A stretch of DNA of 64,000 nt from Myxococcota bacterium (GCA_965228475.1 OZ245817.1:1984001-2048000), one strand, 5' to 3'. Positions 52,445-62,414 are shown, numbered from the stretch's first letter. Numbers and translations are program-made. Notes: generated by a model not told the origin, from the sequence alone.

Positions 52445-52591
52445 GGGTGTCCTCGCTCCTGGCTGGGGGCTCGAAAGCCGCCCGATTTTCGCCGAGATGG
52501 GGAGTGGGGTCAACGGAGCCCGGAGCGCCGCGCCGTCGCGCTTCGAAGCGATGCTAGGCTCGGCCCGCCCCATCGCAGGAGATGCACGCCC

Positions 52592-53074
52592 ATGTCCATT
52601 TCGGCTGACGACTTCCGCCAGGCCCTCGCCTCCTGGGCCAGCGGCGTCACGATCGTGACCTCGCGCGAGGGCGACGCGATCCACGGCATGACGGTCAGCG
52701 CCTTCTCGAGCGTGTCCCTCGACCCGCCGCTGGTGCTGGTGTGCGCCGACAAGACCTCGGACACCCACGGCTTGATCGCCGAGTCCGGCTGCTTCGGCGT
52801 GAACGTGCTGACCCAGGAGCAGGAGGCGCTCTCGAACCGCTTCGCGGTCAAGAAGGATGAGCACCTCCGCTTCGAGGGCGTCGAATACTCGTCGGCCGAG
52901 ACCGGCGCGCCGCTCTTCGACGAGGCCCTCGTCGCCATCGATTGCGAGGTCGAGGCGGCCCACGACGCCGGCGACCACGTGATCTACGTCGGCCGCGTGC
53001 GCGCGCTCCGGTGCAACGAGGGCGAGCCGCTCCTGTACTTCAGCGGGCGGTACCGCGCGCTCCGCGAGGCGTAG
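52592..53074 (+). CDS. Flavin reductase-like protein
   Basis: [35 protein letters not shown]. Confidence 0.92.
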   Translation: MSISADDFRQALASWASGVTIVTSREGDAIHGMTVSAFSSVSLDPPLVLVCADKTSDTHGLIAESGCFGVNVLTQEQEALSNRFAVKKDEHLRFEGVEYSSAETGAPLFDEALVAIDCEVEAAHDAGDHVIYVGRVRALRCNEGEPLLYFSGRYRALREA

Positions 53075-53076
53075 GG

Positions 53077-53745
53077 GTGGGAGAGCGGGTCCGCCTGACG
53101 GTCTGGTCGGACTACCTCTGTCCGTGGTGCTTCAACGCCTCGGTTCGCGTCGAGCGATTGCAGGACGAGTTCGGCGACGACCTCGAGGTCGAGTGGCGGA
53201 GCTTCCTGCTGCGCCCGCATCCGCGCGGCGGGGCGCCGGCCTTTCCGAGCGAAGACGACCCGCCGCGGCGCGTCTCCCTCGCGAGCCTCGAGAAGTTCCG
53301 CGCCTACACGCGGAGCTGGGAACGCCCCGGCGCCGAAGAGGATGCCGGCACCTTCCGCTACTGGGACGGCGAGACGCCGCCGCCCTCGCACAGCGTCCCG
53401 TCCCACGTGGCGGCGAAGGCGGCCGCGAGCCTCGGGCCCGAGGCCTTCCGCGCCCTCCACCGGCGCCTGCTCGAGGCGTACTTCACCGAGAACCGCGACA
53501 TCAGCGACCGCTCGACCCTGCGCGCGCTGTGGAAGGAAGCCGGGATCGACGACGCGGACTTCGAACGCTGCGACGATCCGGCGCTGCTCGCCGAGACGCT
53601 GCGCCAGCATGAGGAGGCCCTGGCCTCGGGGGTGACCGGCGCGCCGACGATCCGCATGGAAGGCAACGACGCGCTCATCCTCGGCGCGAACCCGCTGCCG
53701 CTCTACCGACGCTGGGTCGAACGCAAGCTCGCGGGTGAGATCTGA
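53077..53745 (+). CDS. DsbA/FrnE-family thiol-disulfide oxidoreductase
   Basis: [16 protein letters not shown]. Confidence 0.88.
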   Translation: MGERVRLTVWSDYLCPWCFNASVRVERLQDEFGDDLEVEWRSFLLRPHPRGGAPAFPSEDDPPRRVSLASLEKFRAYTRSWERPGAEEDAGTFRYWDGETPPPSHSVPSHVAAKAAASLGPEAFRALHRRLLEAYFTENRDISDRSTLRALWKEAGIDDADFERCDDPALLAETLRQHEEALASGVTGAPTIRMEGNDALILGANPLPLYRRWVERKLAGEI

Positions 53746-53763
53746 TCGGTCGGGAAGAGAAGG

Positions 53764-53850
53764 TGGTGCGGCGGAGAGGATTCGAACCTCCACGGGGTTG
53801 CCCCCGCCAGCCCCTCAAGCTGGTGCGTCTACCAATTCCGCCACCGCCGC
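53764..53850 (-). tRNA. tRNA-Leu(GAG)
   Basis: GCGGCGGTGGCGGAATTGGTAGACGC...CCAGC-TTGAGGG-GCTGG, long variable arm, GGTTCGAATCC, encoded CCA. Confidence 0.95.
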
Positions 53851-53928
53851 ACGGCGCGCCCAGGCCGGGCGCGGCGGGACCATACCGGATCCCGGCCCGC
53901 GCGGCAGCCAGCCCAGGCCTCGAAACGG

Positions 53929-53963
53929 GAAAGGCCCGCGACGAGTTCCGTCGCGGGCCTTTC
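53929..53963 (-). terminator. Probable intrinsic terminator of the PEP-CTERM gene
   Basis: 15-bp stem gaaaggcccgcgacg/cgtcgcgggcctttc; T-rich run follows on the minus strand. Confidence 0.65.
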
Positions 53964-53987
53964 GGAATCCGGGCTGGCTGGAACCGC

Positions 53988-54722
53988 TCAGGCGCGGCGT
54001 GCCTTCCGCGCGATCGCCAAGCCGACGAAACCGAGCGCGAGCAGCCCACCGGTGGCCGGCTCCGGCAGGGGCAGCACGACGAAGTTGCTGGTGAACGACG
54101 CCGAGTCCCCGGCCGTGAGCGTGAAGTCGAGCCGGATCGCGATCGACGTCAGCGCCGGCGGGCCCGCCTGGCTCGGGATCGGGGTTCCGTAGGCGAGGCT
54201 CGGGACGTTCACGCTGAGGAACCCGCCCGCGGAGTAGGAGGTCGGGTCGTCGTACAGGGTCTGCACGGAAGCGCCGTCGATGAGCGCCGTGTAGAAGGAG
54301 CTGCCGGTCGGCGCGGCGAGCGTCACGCCGTCGCCGTTGTTGTCCGTCGCTCCGCCCTGGATCGATCCGCCGATGACGGTTGCGCCCGGGATCGGCGGAG
54401 CGATCGGGAGCGTGAAGAGCAGGGTGAACTGCTGGGTGGTACCCGAGAGGTTGGTCAGGCCGATCACGCCGCTCACGACCGGGTCCGTGTCGACGAAGAA
54501 GTCCCACATGTCGAGACCGAGGTCTCCGATCTGGGCTCCGCTGCCGGTGCACTGAGCGGTCGGCAAGCCGCCCACGTCATCGACGCAGCCGAGCATCGCC
54601 GCACCCGCCGTCCCCTGATAGTTGCCACCTTGGAAAATGTCGAGGTCGAAGACGACCGCGCTGGCGGGAGACGCCAGAGCCACCGAGCCCAGTGCAACGA
54701 ACAACGTACGGAGAGAGCGCAT
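53988..54722 (-). CDS. PEP-CTERM-type sorting domain exported protein
   Basis: GGAAGGA RBS; signal peptide ending SPASA; Thr/Gly-rich body; LPEP, TM helix and RKARRA tail. Confidence 0.85.
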   Translation of the reverse strand: MRSLRTLFVALGSVALASPASAVVFDLDIFQGGNYQGTAGAAMLGCVDDVGGLPTAQCTGSGAQIGDLGLDMWDFFVDTDPVVSGVIGLTNLSGTTQQFTLLFTLPIAPPIPGATVIGGSIQGGATDNNGDGVTLAAPTGSSFYTALIDGASVQTLYDDPTSYSAGGFLSVNVPSLAYGTPIPSQAGPPALTSIAIRLDFTLTAGDSASFTSNFVVLPLPEPATGGLLALGFVGLAIARKARRA

Positions 54723-54887
54723 CCGGTCCTTCCCAGGGCTCGACAAGTGGAGCCCGAACCAACACAACGGGCCCAGTATAACCAGATGGATCAGGGCCGC
54801 GTCAGGAAAGATGGGCAAAAACGCCACAGTTGCGAGCGTTTCGCGCCCCCTGAGGGACGCTGCGGCACTCCTCAGGATGTAGAGAGG

Positions 54888-55340
54888 TCAGGACCCGGGC
54901 GGCGTGTCGAGCGGGATCTCGGGGGCCGGGGCTTCTTCGATGGCCTCGGCCGCCGGAGCCGTCGCGTCGGCGGCGGGCGCGGACTCCTCGGCCGGGACTT
55001 CCCCGAACTCGCCGAACTCACCGAAGGGCGACTCCTCGCCCTCGGGCGTGGTGGCCGGTGCTTCCTCGCCCTCGATCGTGGTGTCTTCGAAGAGCTTCTC
55101 GCCCTGGCGCGCCTCGGCGTTGAAGTAGGCCAGCGCCATGCTGGTGCACATGAACGTGATCGCCGACGCGGTGGTGATCTTCGTGAGGAAGTTCCCGGCG
55201 CCGCGGCTACCGAAGACCGTCGAGCTCGCGCCACCGCCGAAGACGGCGCCGATCTCGGCGCCCTTGCCGCGCTGGAGGAGCACGACGACGATGATCACGA
55301 GGCAGACCATCACGTGCAAAACGACGAGGAACGTACTCAC
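54888..55340 (-). CDS. secG: Preprotein translocase subunit SecG with acidic tail
   Basis: VLLQRGKGAEIGAVFGGGASSTVFGSRGAGNFLTKIT; follows tpiA. Confidence 0.93.
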   Translation of the reverse strand: MSTFLVVLHVMVCLVIIVVVLLQRGKGAEIGAVFGGGASSTVFGSRGAGNFLTKITTASAITFMCTSMALAYFNAEARQGEKLFEDTTIEGEEAPATTPEGEESPFGEFGEFGEVPAEESAPAADATAPAAEAIEEAPAPEIPLDTPPGS

Positions 55341-55374
55341 TGCGATCTCCTGGGGGCCCGGCTTCGGGCCGACG

Positions 55375-56145
55375 CTAGGGGCGGGCGGGGCCCGCGGAGC
55401 GGCAGATACTAGCGAAGCTCTCGGGGTCGAGGCTCGCGCCGCCCACGAGGCCGCCATCGATGTCCGGCTGGGCCAGCAGGGCGCCCACGTTGTCGGGCTT
55501 CACCGAGCCGCCGTACTGGATGCGGATGGCCTCGGCGCCCTCGGCGCCGAAGCGGCCGAGCAGCCAGCCCCGCAGGAACCCGTGGACCTCCTGGGCCATC
55601 TCTGGGGTGGCCGTCTTGCCGGTGCCGATCGCCCAGATCGGCTCGTAGGCGAGGGTCAGCTCCGGCGCGCGCTCGGGCCCGATGCCCGCCAGGCTGCCCT
55701 CGAGCTGGGCCTCGCAGACGGCGAGCGTCCGGCCCGCCTCGCGGGCCTCGAGGCTCTCGCCCAGGCAGACGATCGGGCGCAGGCCCCCGGCCAGCACCGC
55801 CTGGGCCTTGGCGGCGACGTCCGCGTCGGACTCGCCGAAGAGGGTCCGACGCTCGCTGTGGCCGACGATCACGTAGCGGCAGCCGACGTCGGCGAGCATC
55901 CCGACCGAGACCTCGCCGGTGAAGGCGCCGGAGGCTTCCGCGTGGACGTTCTGTGCGGCGAGAGAGACCGGGCCTCCGGCGAGAGCGTGGCCGAGGGCCG
56001 CGAGCGAGGTCGCCGTCGGGGCGAGTGCGACCTCCACCCCCGAGAGGTCCTTCACCGCCGGGAGGAACGCCTCGGCGAAGGCGGTGGCTTCGGCCACGGT
56101 CTTGTTCATCTTCCAGTTCGCCGCGAGGAACGGGGTCCGGCTCAT
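55375..56145 (-). CDS. tpiA: Triosephosphate isomerase
   Basis: ANWKMN, GHSERR, AYEPIWAIGTG, YGGSV, LVGGASL. Confidence 0.97.
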   Translation of the reverse strand: MSRTPFLAANWKMNKTVAEATAFAEAFLPAVKDLSGVEVALAPTATSLAALGHALAGGPVSLAAQNVHAEASGAFTGEVSVGMLADVGCRYVIVGHSERRTLFGESDADVAAKAQAVLAGGLRPIVCLGESLEAREAGRTLAVCEAQLEGSLAGIGPERAPELTLAYEPIWAIGTGKTATPEMAQEVHGFLRGWLLGRFGAEGAEAIRIQYGGSVKPDNVGALLAQPDIDGGLVGGASLDPESFASICRSAGPARP

Positions 56146-57335
56146 GGGGTTCCTTTCGTTCGGAGCGCCTCGACACCCGGGAGCGCTGCGCCCTGGACGA
56201 ACTCGAGGGAGGCGCCGCCGCCCGTCGAGCAGTGACCGATGCGGTCCGCGACGCCCATGGCGTTCACGGCGGCCAGGGAATCCCCGCCGCCGACGATCGA
56301 CCGCGCCGAGGAGGCCGCGACGGCCTGGGCGACCCCGCGCGTGCCGCGGGAGAAGGCCTCGATCTCGAAGATCCCCATCGGCCCGTTCCAGAAGATCGTC
56401 TTCGCCTCGGCGCAGGCGGCGCCGAAGCGTTCCGCCGAGGCCGGCCCGATGTCGACGCCGAGCCAGCCTTCGGGGATCGCGCCGACCACCTGGGTCGGCG
56501 AGCCGGCCTCGGGGCGCTCGGCCACGACGTGGTCGACGGGCAGGAGCACGCGGCGCCCGGCGGCCTCGGCCGCTTCGAGGATGCGGGCCGCGTCGGCGAT
56601 GCGGTCTTCCTCGACGAGCGAGGCCCCCGTCGCCTGGCCGGCGGCGCGCAGGAACGTGTAGGCCATGGCGCCGCCGACGCAGAGCGTGTCGGCGCGCGCG
56701 GCGAGGCTCTCGAGCACGGCGAGCTTGTCCGAGACCTTCGCGCCGCCGAGCAGGCACACGAAGGGCCGCGCGGGCTCGAGGACCGAGGCCAGGGCCTCGA
56801 GTTCGGCCTCGAGGAGCAGGCCCGCGGCGGCGCGCTCGACGTGGGGCACGACCCCGGCCGTCGAGGCGTGGGCGCGGTGGGCCGTCCCGAAGGCGTCGTT
56901 CACGTAGTCGTCGGCGAGCCGGGCGAGATCCCGGGCGAAGGCGGCGTCGTTCTTCGTCTCGCCCGCGTGGAAGCGCAGGTTCTCGAGCAGGAGGACGGCG
57001 CCGTCCCCGAGTGCCTCGACGGCGGCCTCGGTCTCGGGGCCGATGCAGTCGGGCGCGAGCGAGACGGGGCGGCCGAGGGCATCGCCGAGGGCGCGGGCGA
57101 CCGGCGCGAGGGAGAGTTCGGGCTTCCGCTCGCCCTTCGGGCGCCCGAGGTGCGACGCGACCGCCACGCGCGCGCCCGCCGCGGCGAGCTTCTCGAGCGT
57201 CGGGAGCGACGCACGGATCCGGCTGTCGTCGGCGACGGCGCCGTCGCGCAGGGGGGCGTTCAGGTCCGAGCGCACCAGCACGCGCCGGCCGGCGACGCCC
57301 TCCCGGATCAGATCGGCCAGGGACGGAAGCTTCAT
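56142..57335 (-). CDS. pgk: Phosphoglycerate kinase
   Basis: RSDLNAP, SHLGRP, ENLRF, DAFGTAHRAHAS, WNGPMG, STGGGASL. Confidence 0.97.
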   Translation of the reverse strand: MKLPSLADLIREGVAGRRVLVRSDLNAPLRDGAVADDSRIRASLPTLEKLAAAGARVAVASHLGRPKGERKPELSLAPVARALGDALGRPVSLAPDCIGPETEAAVEALGDGAVLLLENLRFHAGETKNDAAFARDLARLADDYVNDAFGTAHRAHASTAGVVPHVERAAAGLLLEAELEALASVLEPARPFVCLLGGAKVSDKLAVLESLAARADTLCVGGAMAYTFLRAAGQATGASLVEEDRIADAARILEAAEAAGRRVLLPVDHVVAERPEAGSPTQVVGAIPEGWLGVDIGPASAERFGAACAEAKTIFWNGPMGIFEIEAFSRGTRGVAQAVAASSARSIVGGGDSLAAVNAMGVADRIGHCSTGGGASLEFVQGAALPGVEALRTKGTP

Positions 57336-58351
57336 TCCGCGGCTCGGCTCATGTGCTCGATCAGGTCCACGACGCGGCAAGCGTAGCCCCATTCGTTGTC
57401 GTACCAGGAGACGAGCTTCGCGAAGTTGCCATCAATCACCTGGGCGCTCGGCGCGTCGACGATCGAGGAGCGCGAGTCCCCCCGGAAGTCCTGGGAGACG
57501 CACGGATCCTCGCATACGCCGAGGATGCCTTCGAGCGGGCCCGCGGCGGCGGCGCGCAGGGCGTCGAGCACGGCGCCCGCGTCGGCGTCCTGCTCGAACT
57601 CGACCGAGAGGTCGACGGCCGAGACGTTCGCGGTCGGCACGCGCATCGCGTAGCCGTCGAGCTTCCCGGCCAGGTGGGGCAGCACGAGCCCGAGCGCCCG
57701 GGCCGCGCCGGTGCTCGTGGGGATCATCGAGATCGCCGCGGCGCGGGCACGCCGGAGGTCCTTGTGGGGACGGTCGAGGGTCGGCTGGTCGCCGGTGTAG
57801 GCGTGGATGGTCGTCATCCAGCCCCGGCGGATGCCGAAGTGGTCGTCGAGCACCTTGGCGAGGGGCGCCAGGCAGTTCGTCGTGCACGAGGCGTTCGAGA
57901 CGATGCGGTGCTTGGCCGGGTCGAAGTCGCCGCCGTTCACGCCGAGCACCACCGTCACGTCCGGGTCGGGCGCCGGCGCCGTGATGACGACGCGTTCCGC
58001 GCCGGCGTCGAGGTGCCCGGCTGCGGTCTCGCGGCTGCGGAAGAGCCCGGTCGCTTCGATCACGGTGTCGACGTCGAGCTCGCGCCAGGGCAGGGCGGCG
58101 GGCTCGCGCTCGCCGCAAACCCGGATCGGCTGGCCTTCGACCACCAGCCCGTCGCCGTCGAGTTCGACCGAGCCGGGGTACGGACCGTGGACCGAGTCGT
58201 ACCGGAGCAGGTGGCAGAGGGTACGGGCGTCGGCCAGGTCGTTCACCGCGACCACGTTCATGCCGCGGCCGCGCGCCGCGCGCAGCGCCATGCGTCCGAT
58301 GCGGCCGAAGCCGTTGATCGCGACCCGCGTCTTGGAACCCTTCTCCGCCAT
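57332..58351 (-). CDS. gap: Type I glyceraldehyde-3-phosphate dehydrogenase
   Basis: INGFGRIGR, SNASCTTNCLAP, IPTSTGAA, WYDNEWGY. Confidence 0.97.
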   Translation of the reverse strand: MAEKGSKTRVAINGFGRIGRMALRAARGRGMNVVAVNDLADARTLCHLLRYDSVHGPYPGSVELDGDGLVVEGQPIRVCGEREPAALPWRELDVDTVIEATGLFRSRETAAGHLDAGAERVVITAPAPDPDVTVVLGVNGGDFDPAKHRIVSNASCTTNCLAPLAKVLDDHFGIRRGWMTTIHAYTGDQPTLDRPHKDLRRARAAAISMIPTSTGAARALGLVLPHLAGKLDGYAMRVPTANVSAVDLSVEFEQDADAGAVLDALRAAAAGPLEGILGVCEDPCVSQDFRGDSRSSIVDAPSAQVIDGNFAKLVSWYDNEWGYACRVVDLIEHMSRAAE

Positions 58352-58450
58352 CTCGTCCCTCCCGTCGTTGCTGGCCCTCTCGGGCGGGGGACAGGGTAAC
58401 GGCCCCGGCCTCCGTGAGCTTTGCCGTCGGGGTCGATAAGTTCCCTTTCG

Positions 58451-60907
58451 ATGCGACGGGTCTTCGTTCTGGCGGCGATCGCTTTGCTCGCGCTCTCGGC
58501 CTGGTGGTTCCACCAGCGCGAAGGCGAGGCGAGGCGCGTGCGCTCGGCCGGTCTGCCGACCGTCGAGGGCCGGATCCCCGTGGCCGGCGCCCAGGCGCCG
58601 CTTCGCATCCTGCGCGATGCGCGCGGCGTCCCCCATGTCGAGGCGGAGAGTGAACGCGACGCCTACTTCGGGCTCGGTTTTGCCCAGGCGCAGGACCGGT
58701 TGGGACAGATGGTCTCGATGCTGCGCGCGGCCGACGGCCGCAGCGCGGAGATCCTCGGGCCCGAGGCGCTCGCAGCGGATCGCATGGCGCGGGTGCTCGG
58801 CTTCCGGCGCCTGGCCGCGCGCGCCGCGTCGGATCTCGACGGCCGCACGCGCCGTCTGCTCGAAGCCTACGCCGCCGGTGTGACGGCCCGCCTCAGCCGG
58901 GTCCACGCCGGGCTCGCCGCGCCACCTGCCCAGCTCACGCCGGCCGATCTGCCGACCGCGTGGACGCCCGCGGACAGCTTCGCGGTGCTCAAGGTCTGGG
59001 CCTGGGGCCTCGGCGGTTCGATCGAGACGACCCTGGTGCTCGACGACATCCTCCGCCGCCTCGGTCCCGAGCGCGCGCGGCCCTTCTTTCCGGCGGGCGT
59101 CGGCGTGCGGCCGGCCGGGGACGGGCCGCCGGCGCTCGTGCGGCGGGGCACCCCCGCCGCGCCGAAGGCCGAGTCGACGGCCGGGACGCCGCGCCGGGCC
59201 GCGTTCCGGGATCCGCTGCGCGACGCGCTCGGGATGCGCGCACCCGGCCTCGGCAGCAGCGCCTTCGTCCTCGCGGGTTCGGCCTCCGCGAGTGGCCGGC
59301 CGCTCCTGGCCGGCGACACCCACCTGGCGCCGACGGTGCCCGCGCACCTTCACCTGGCGCACCTCCGGGCCGGGGCGTTCGAGGTGGCCGGTGCGGCCGT
59401 CCCCGGCGTGCCGGTCTTCTGGTCCGGGGGGAACGGCCGGGTGGCCTGGGCGGCGACGGCGGCCCGCGCCTCGGTGCAGGACCTCTTCGTCGAGACCCTC
59501 GACCGCAGCCGCGAGGCGGCCCGCGCCCACGACGGCCGGGGCTGGCGGCGTCTCGAGGTCCGCGAGGAGTCGATCCCGGTGCGCGGCCAAGAGCCGTCTT
59601 CCGTGACCGTCGAGATCGCGCCCCACGGCCCGCTCTTGAATGCGCTCCTCGAGCGCGACCGGGAGCCCCTGGCGCTGGCCTTCGCGGGCGCCCGGCCGGG
59701 CGACGGCATCGGCCCCTTCCTGCGCGCGGCGCGGGCGGCGGACGGGGAGGCCTGGCTCGAAGCGCTCGCCGACCACCACGAGCCGGCGCTGGTCCTGGCG
59801 TGGGCGGCGGGCGACGGGGACGCGGGCCGCACGGTCGCCGGCTGGATTCCCCAGCGCTCCCTGCCCTCGGGGCTCGTCCCCGTGAGCGGCCGCTCGGGCT
59901 GGGCGACCTGGCAGGCCGGGATCCCGGCGTCTCGGCTTCCGCGCGAGCGTCTCGAGGGGAAGCGTGGCTTTCTCATCGCCTCGGACGGGGCCCGCCCCGG
60001 CGGCGAGATCGAGTGGCTCTGGCGAAGCGGCGAGCGGCGCGCCCGCATCGCCGAACGCCTCGAGGCCCTCGTGGGTCGCGGCAGCGTCGACCTCCGCACC
60101 CTCGCGGAAGTCCAGCTCGACCGCCGCGCGGCGGCGGCCACGGCCGTCCTCGAGCCGGCGCTCGCCCTGGCCGGGACGCCCGCCCAGCTGCCGGCCGAGG
60201 AGCGCGAGATCCAGTCGCTCCTGGCCGAGTGGGACGGCGACACCGGCCCCGGGAGCGTCGGCGCCGCGGTCTACCACGTGTTCCTCGACGACCTGGCACG
60301 GGCGCTGCTCGAGCCGAGCCTCGGCGGCGAGCTCTACGCCCGCTACACGGCGCTGCCGCATGCCAACGTGATCCCGCTCGTCGCGCGCGTGCTCGCTGCG
60401 GCCCACGAGGGCTGGGCCCGCGAAGGCGTCGAGGCGCCGGACGAGTGGGCGCGCCAGCGCGTCGCCGAAGCGGTCCGCGCGGCTCTGCGGCGGACCTGGC
60501 TGCGCTTCGGCGTTCGCCTCGGGCCGAACCGCGACAAGTGGCGCTGGGGCGAGCTGCATACGCTCCGCTTCGAGCCCTTCGGCCTGCTGCGCTGGCCCGG
60601 GGAGGGCTTCGCGGCCATCCCCCACCCCGGCGATTCCTCGACGATCGACGCGGGCGGGTACGACTGGAACGATCCGTTCGAGGTGCGCAGCGCCTCGACC
60701 TTCCGGTTCGCGATCGATACCGCCGAGCCCGAGACCTGGCTCGCGCATCTGGCGCCCGGGCAGGCCGAGGCCCTCGGTCACCCCCACCGCGCGGACGGGA
60801 TCGAGGCCTGGCGGGCGGGCCGGCCGCAGCTGCTCTCCCTCGGCGCCGTCCGCCTGAACGAACAGGCCGCCGCGCGTCTCCAGCTCGTCCCCCAGGCTGC
60901 GCCGTGA
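58451..60907 (+). CDS. Penicillin acylase-family (Ntn-hydrolase) protein with divergent active site
   Basis: RDARGVPHV, GFAQAQDRL, LGSSAF...SGRPLLAGDTHL, W.WG.LH, PGQ...HPH. Confidence 0.8.
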   Translation: MRRVFVLAAIALLALSAWWFHQREGEARRVRSAGLPTVEGRIPVAGAQAPLRILRDARGVPHVEAESERDAYFGLGFAQAQDRLGQMVSMLRAADGRSAEILGPEALAADRMARVLGFRRLAARAASDLDGRTRRLLEAYAAGVTARLSRVHAGLAAPPAQLTPADLPTAWTPADSFAVLKVWAWGLGGSIETTLVLDDILRRLGPERARPFFPAGVGVRPAGDGPPALVRRGTPAAPKAESTAGTPRRAAFRDPLRDALGMRAPGLGSSAFVLAGSASASGRPLLAGDTHLAPTVPAHLHLAHLRAGAFEVAGAAVPGVPVFWSGGNGRVAWAATAARASVQDLFVETLDRSREAARAHDGRGWRRLEVREESIPVRGQEPSSVTVEIAPHGPLLNALLERDREPLALAFAGARPGDGIGPFLRAARAADGEAWLEALADHHEPALVLAWAAGDGDAGRTVAGWIPQRSLPSGLVPVSGRSGWATWQAGIPASRLPRERLEGKRGFLIASDGARPGGEIEWLWRSGERRARIAERLEALVGRGSVDLRTLAEVQLDRRAAAATAVLEPALALAGTPAQLPAEEREIQSLLAEWDGDTGPGSVGAAVYHVFLDDLARALLEPSLGGELYARYTALPHANVIPLVARVLAAAHEGWAREGVEAPDEWARQRVAEAVRAALRRTWLRFGVRLGPNRDKWRWGELHTLRFEPFGLLRWPGEGFAAIPHPGDSSTIDAGGYDWNDPFEVRSASTFRFAIDTAEPETWLAHLAPGQAEALGHPHRADGIEAWRAGRPQLLSLGAVRLNEQAAARLQLVPQAAP

Positions 60908-60941
60908 GCGAGCTCGGGGCAACGGTGCGGAGGAGCACGCG

Positions 60942-62018
60942 GTGAGCGAGCCGACCGTGCTCTACCTCGAGGTGCCGGGCTTCTACGCCGAGGTCGAGCG
61001 CCTCGCGCACCCGGAGCTCGCCGGGCGGCCCATCCTCGTCGGCGGGGACCCGCGCAAGGCCGGCACCGTCCAGTCCGCGAGCCGCGAGGCCGTCGCCGCC
61101 GGCGTCGAGGTGGGAATGACGCTGCTCGAGGCCCTCGAGCAGTGTCCGTCCGCGCGTCACTTCCGCACCGACATGCGCCGCTACCGCGAGTCCTCGGCAC
61201 GGCTGCGCGCGTCCCTGCGTCGCTTCGGCGAGCGCCTCGAGCCCGCCGGCCTCGGCGCCGCCTACCTCGACGCCAGCGCCACCGAGAGCCCGCCGGAGGC
61301 GCTGGCGGCCTCGCTCCACAAGGCGGTCGGCGAGGAGCTCGGGCTGCCGCTCCGCGTCGGCATCTCCGCGGTGAAGTTCCTCGCGCGGCTCGCGGCGGAG
61401 GGGCTTGCCGGCGCGCCGGGGGAGAGCCCGGTCCTGCGCATCCCGAGCGGCGAGGAGACCGCGTTCCTCGCGCCGCTGCCGGTCGAGCGCCTGCCGGGCG
61501 TCGGCCCGGCCACCGCGGGGAGCCTGGCCGAGCTCGGCGCGTCCACCGTCGGCGAGCTGGCGGCGCTCGATCGCGCCTCGGTCGAGGGGGCCCTCGGCAG
61601 CCACGGCCGCACCGTCTGGGAGCTCGCCCACGGCCGCGACGCCAGCCGCGTCCGCCCCGCGGCCCACCCGAAGACGCTCAGCCAGGAGTCGAGCTTCTCG
61701 CCGGAAGAGCGCGACGTCTCGGCGATCCTGGCGCGCCTCCAGGAGCTCTCGGAGGGGCTCGCCACCTCCCTCGGCCGGGAGCGGCTGCGGGCCCGCCGGG
61801 TGACCCTCAAGGTCCGCTACGCCGACCAGGAGCGCATCAGCCGGAGCAGCACGGCGGAGACGCCGCTCCAGCAGGCGGCGGAGATCCACACGCGCAGCGT
61901 CCGGCTGCTCGAGCGCACCCAGGCCGGGGAGCGGGCGGTGCGCGGGGTGGGGATCGTCCTGGGGGGGCTCGCCCCCGCCGAGCGGGAGGACCGCCAGCTC
62001 GAGCTCTTCGGCGACTGA
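60942..62018 (+). CDS. DinB/Pol IV-like Y-family protein lacking catalytic carboxylates
   Basis: FYAEVE...PELAGRP..VGG, GM...EA...CP, AYLD, LPGVGP, TLKVRY, C-terminal QLELF. Confidence 0.85.
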   Translation: MSEPTVLYLEVPGFYAEVERLAHPELAGRPILVGGDPRKAGTVQSASREAVAAGVEVGMTLLEALEQCPSARHFRTDMRRYRESSARLRASLRRFGERLEPAGLGAAYLDASATESPPEALAASLHKAVGEELGLPLRVGISAVKFLARLAAEGLAGAPGESPVLRIPSGEETAFLAPLPVERLPGVGPATAGSLAELGASTVGELAALDRASVEGALGSHGRTVWELAHGRDASRVRPAAHPKTLSQESSFSPEERDVSAILARLQELSEGLATSLGRERLRARRVTLKVRYADQERISRSSTAETPLQQAAEIHTRSVRLLERTQAGERAVRGVGIVLGGLAPAEREDRQLELFGD

Positions 62019-62081
62019 CGCCCCGGAAATCCTGCCCTCGCGAAACTCAAGCCCGCCCCGGAAGCCGCCGAAACGGGTCGC

Positions 62082-62414
62082 ATGGGCAAGAGCGGTGCCG
62101 AGCGACGGAAGTATTCACGCCTCTCCACGGATCACGTGATCTCGTTCGCGCACGTCGACACGCGCGATCGGCTGGCCGTCGGGAAGAACCTCTCCGAAGG
62201 CGGGATCCGCTTCGAGGTCGTCGGCTGCGAGATCGCCCTCGGGGACTACCTCAAGGTCACCTTCAACGTCGGGGACCACACGGTGGTCGCGACGGGGCAG
62301 GTGGTCTGGGCCACCGAGATCGACCCGTTCACCCAGGACATCGGCCTCGAGTTCTCGGACGTCGACCCGATCGCCCTGGCGCTCCTCCAGGAAGCCACCA
62401 CCGAAATCGAGTAG
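62082..62414 (+). CDS. PilZ domain protein
   Basis: ERRKYSR (RxxxR) and NLSEGG (D/NxSxxG), G.VVW, GLEF. Confidence 0.85.
   Translation: MGKSGAERRKYSRLSTDHVISFAHVDTRDRLAVGKNLSEGGIRFEVVGCEIALGDYLKVTFNVGDHTVVATGQVVWATEIDPFTQDIGLEFSDVDPIALALLQEATTEIE

Noticed and set aside
53700..53860. Integrative element at tRNA-Leu
   Set aside because: No integrase and no duplicated tRNA 3' end seen.
54814..54830. Sigma-54 promoter (TGGCGTTTTTGC on the minus strand) for the PEP-CTERM gene
   Set aside because: GG-to-GC spacing is 7 nt, not the required 10.
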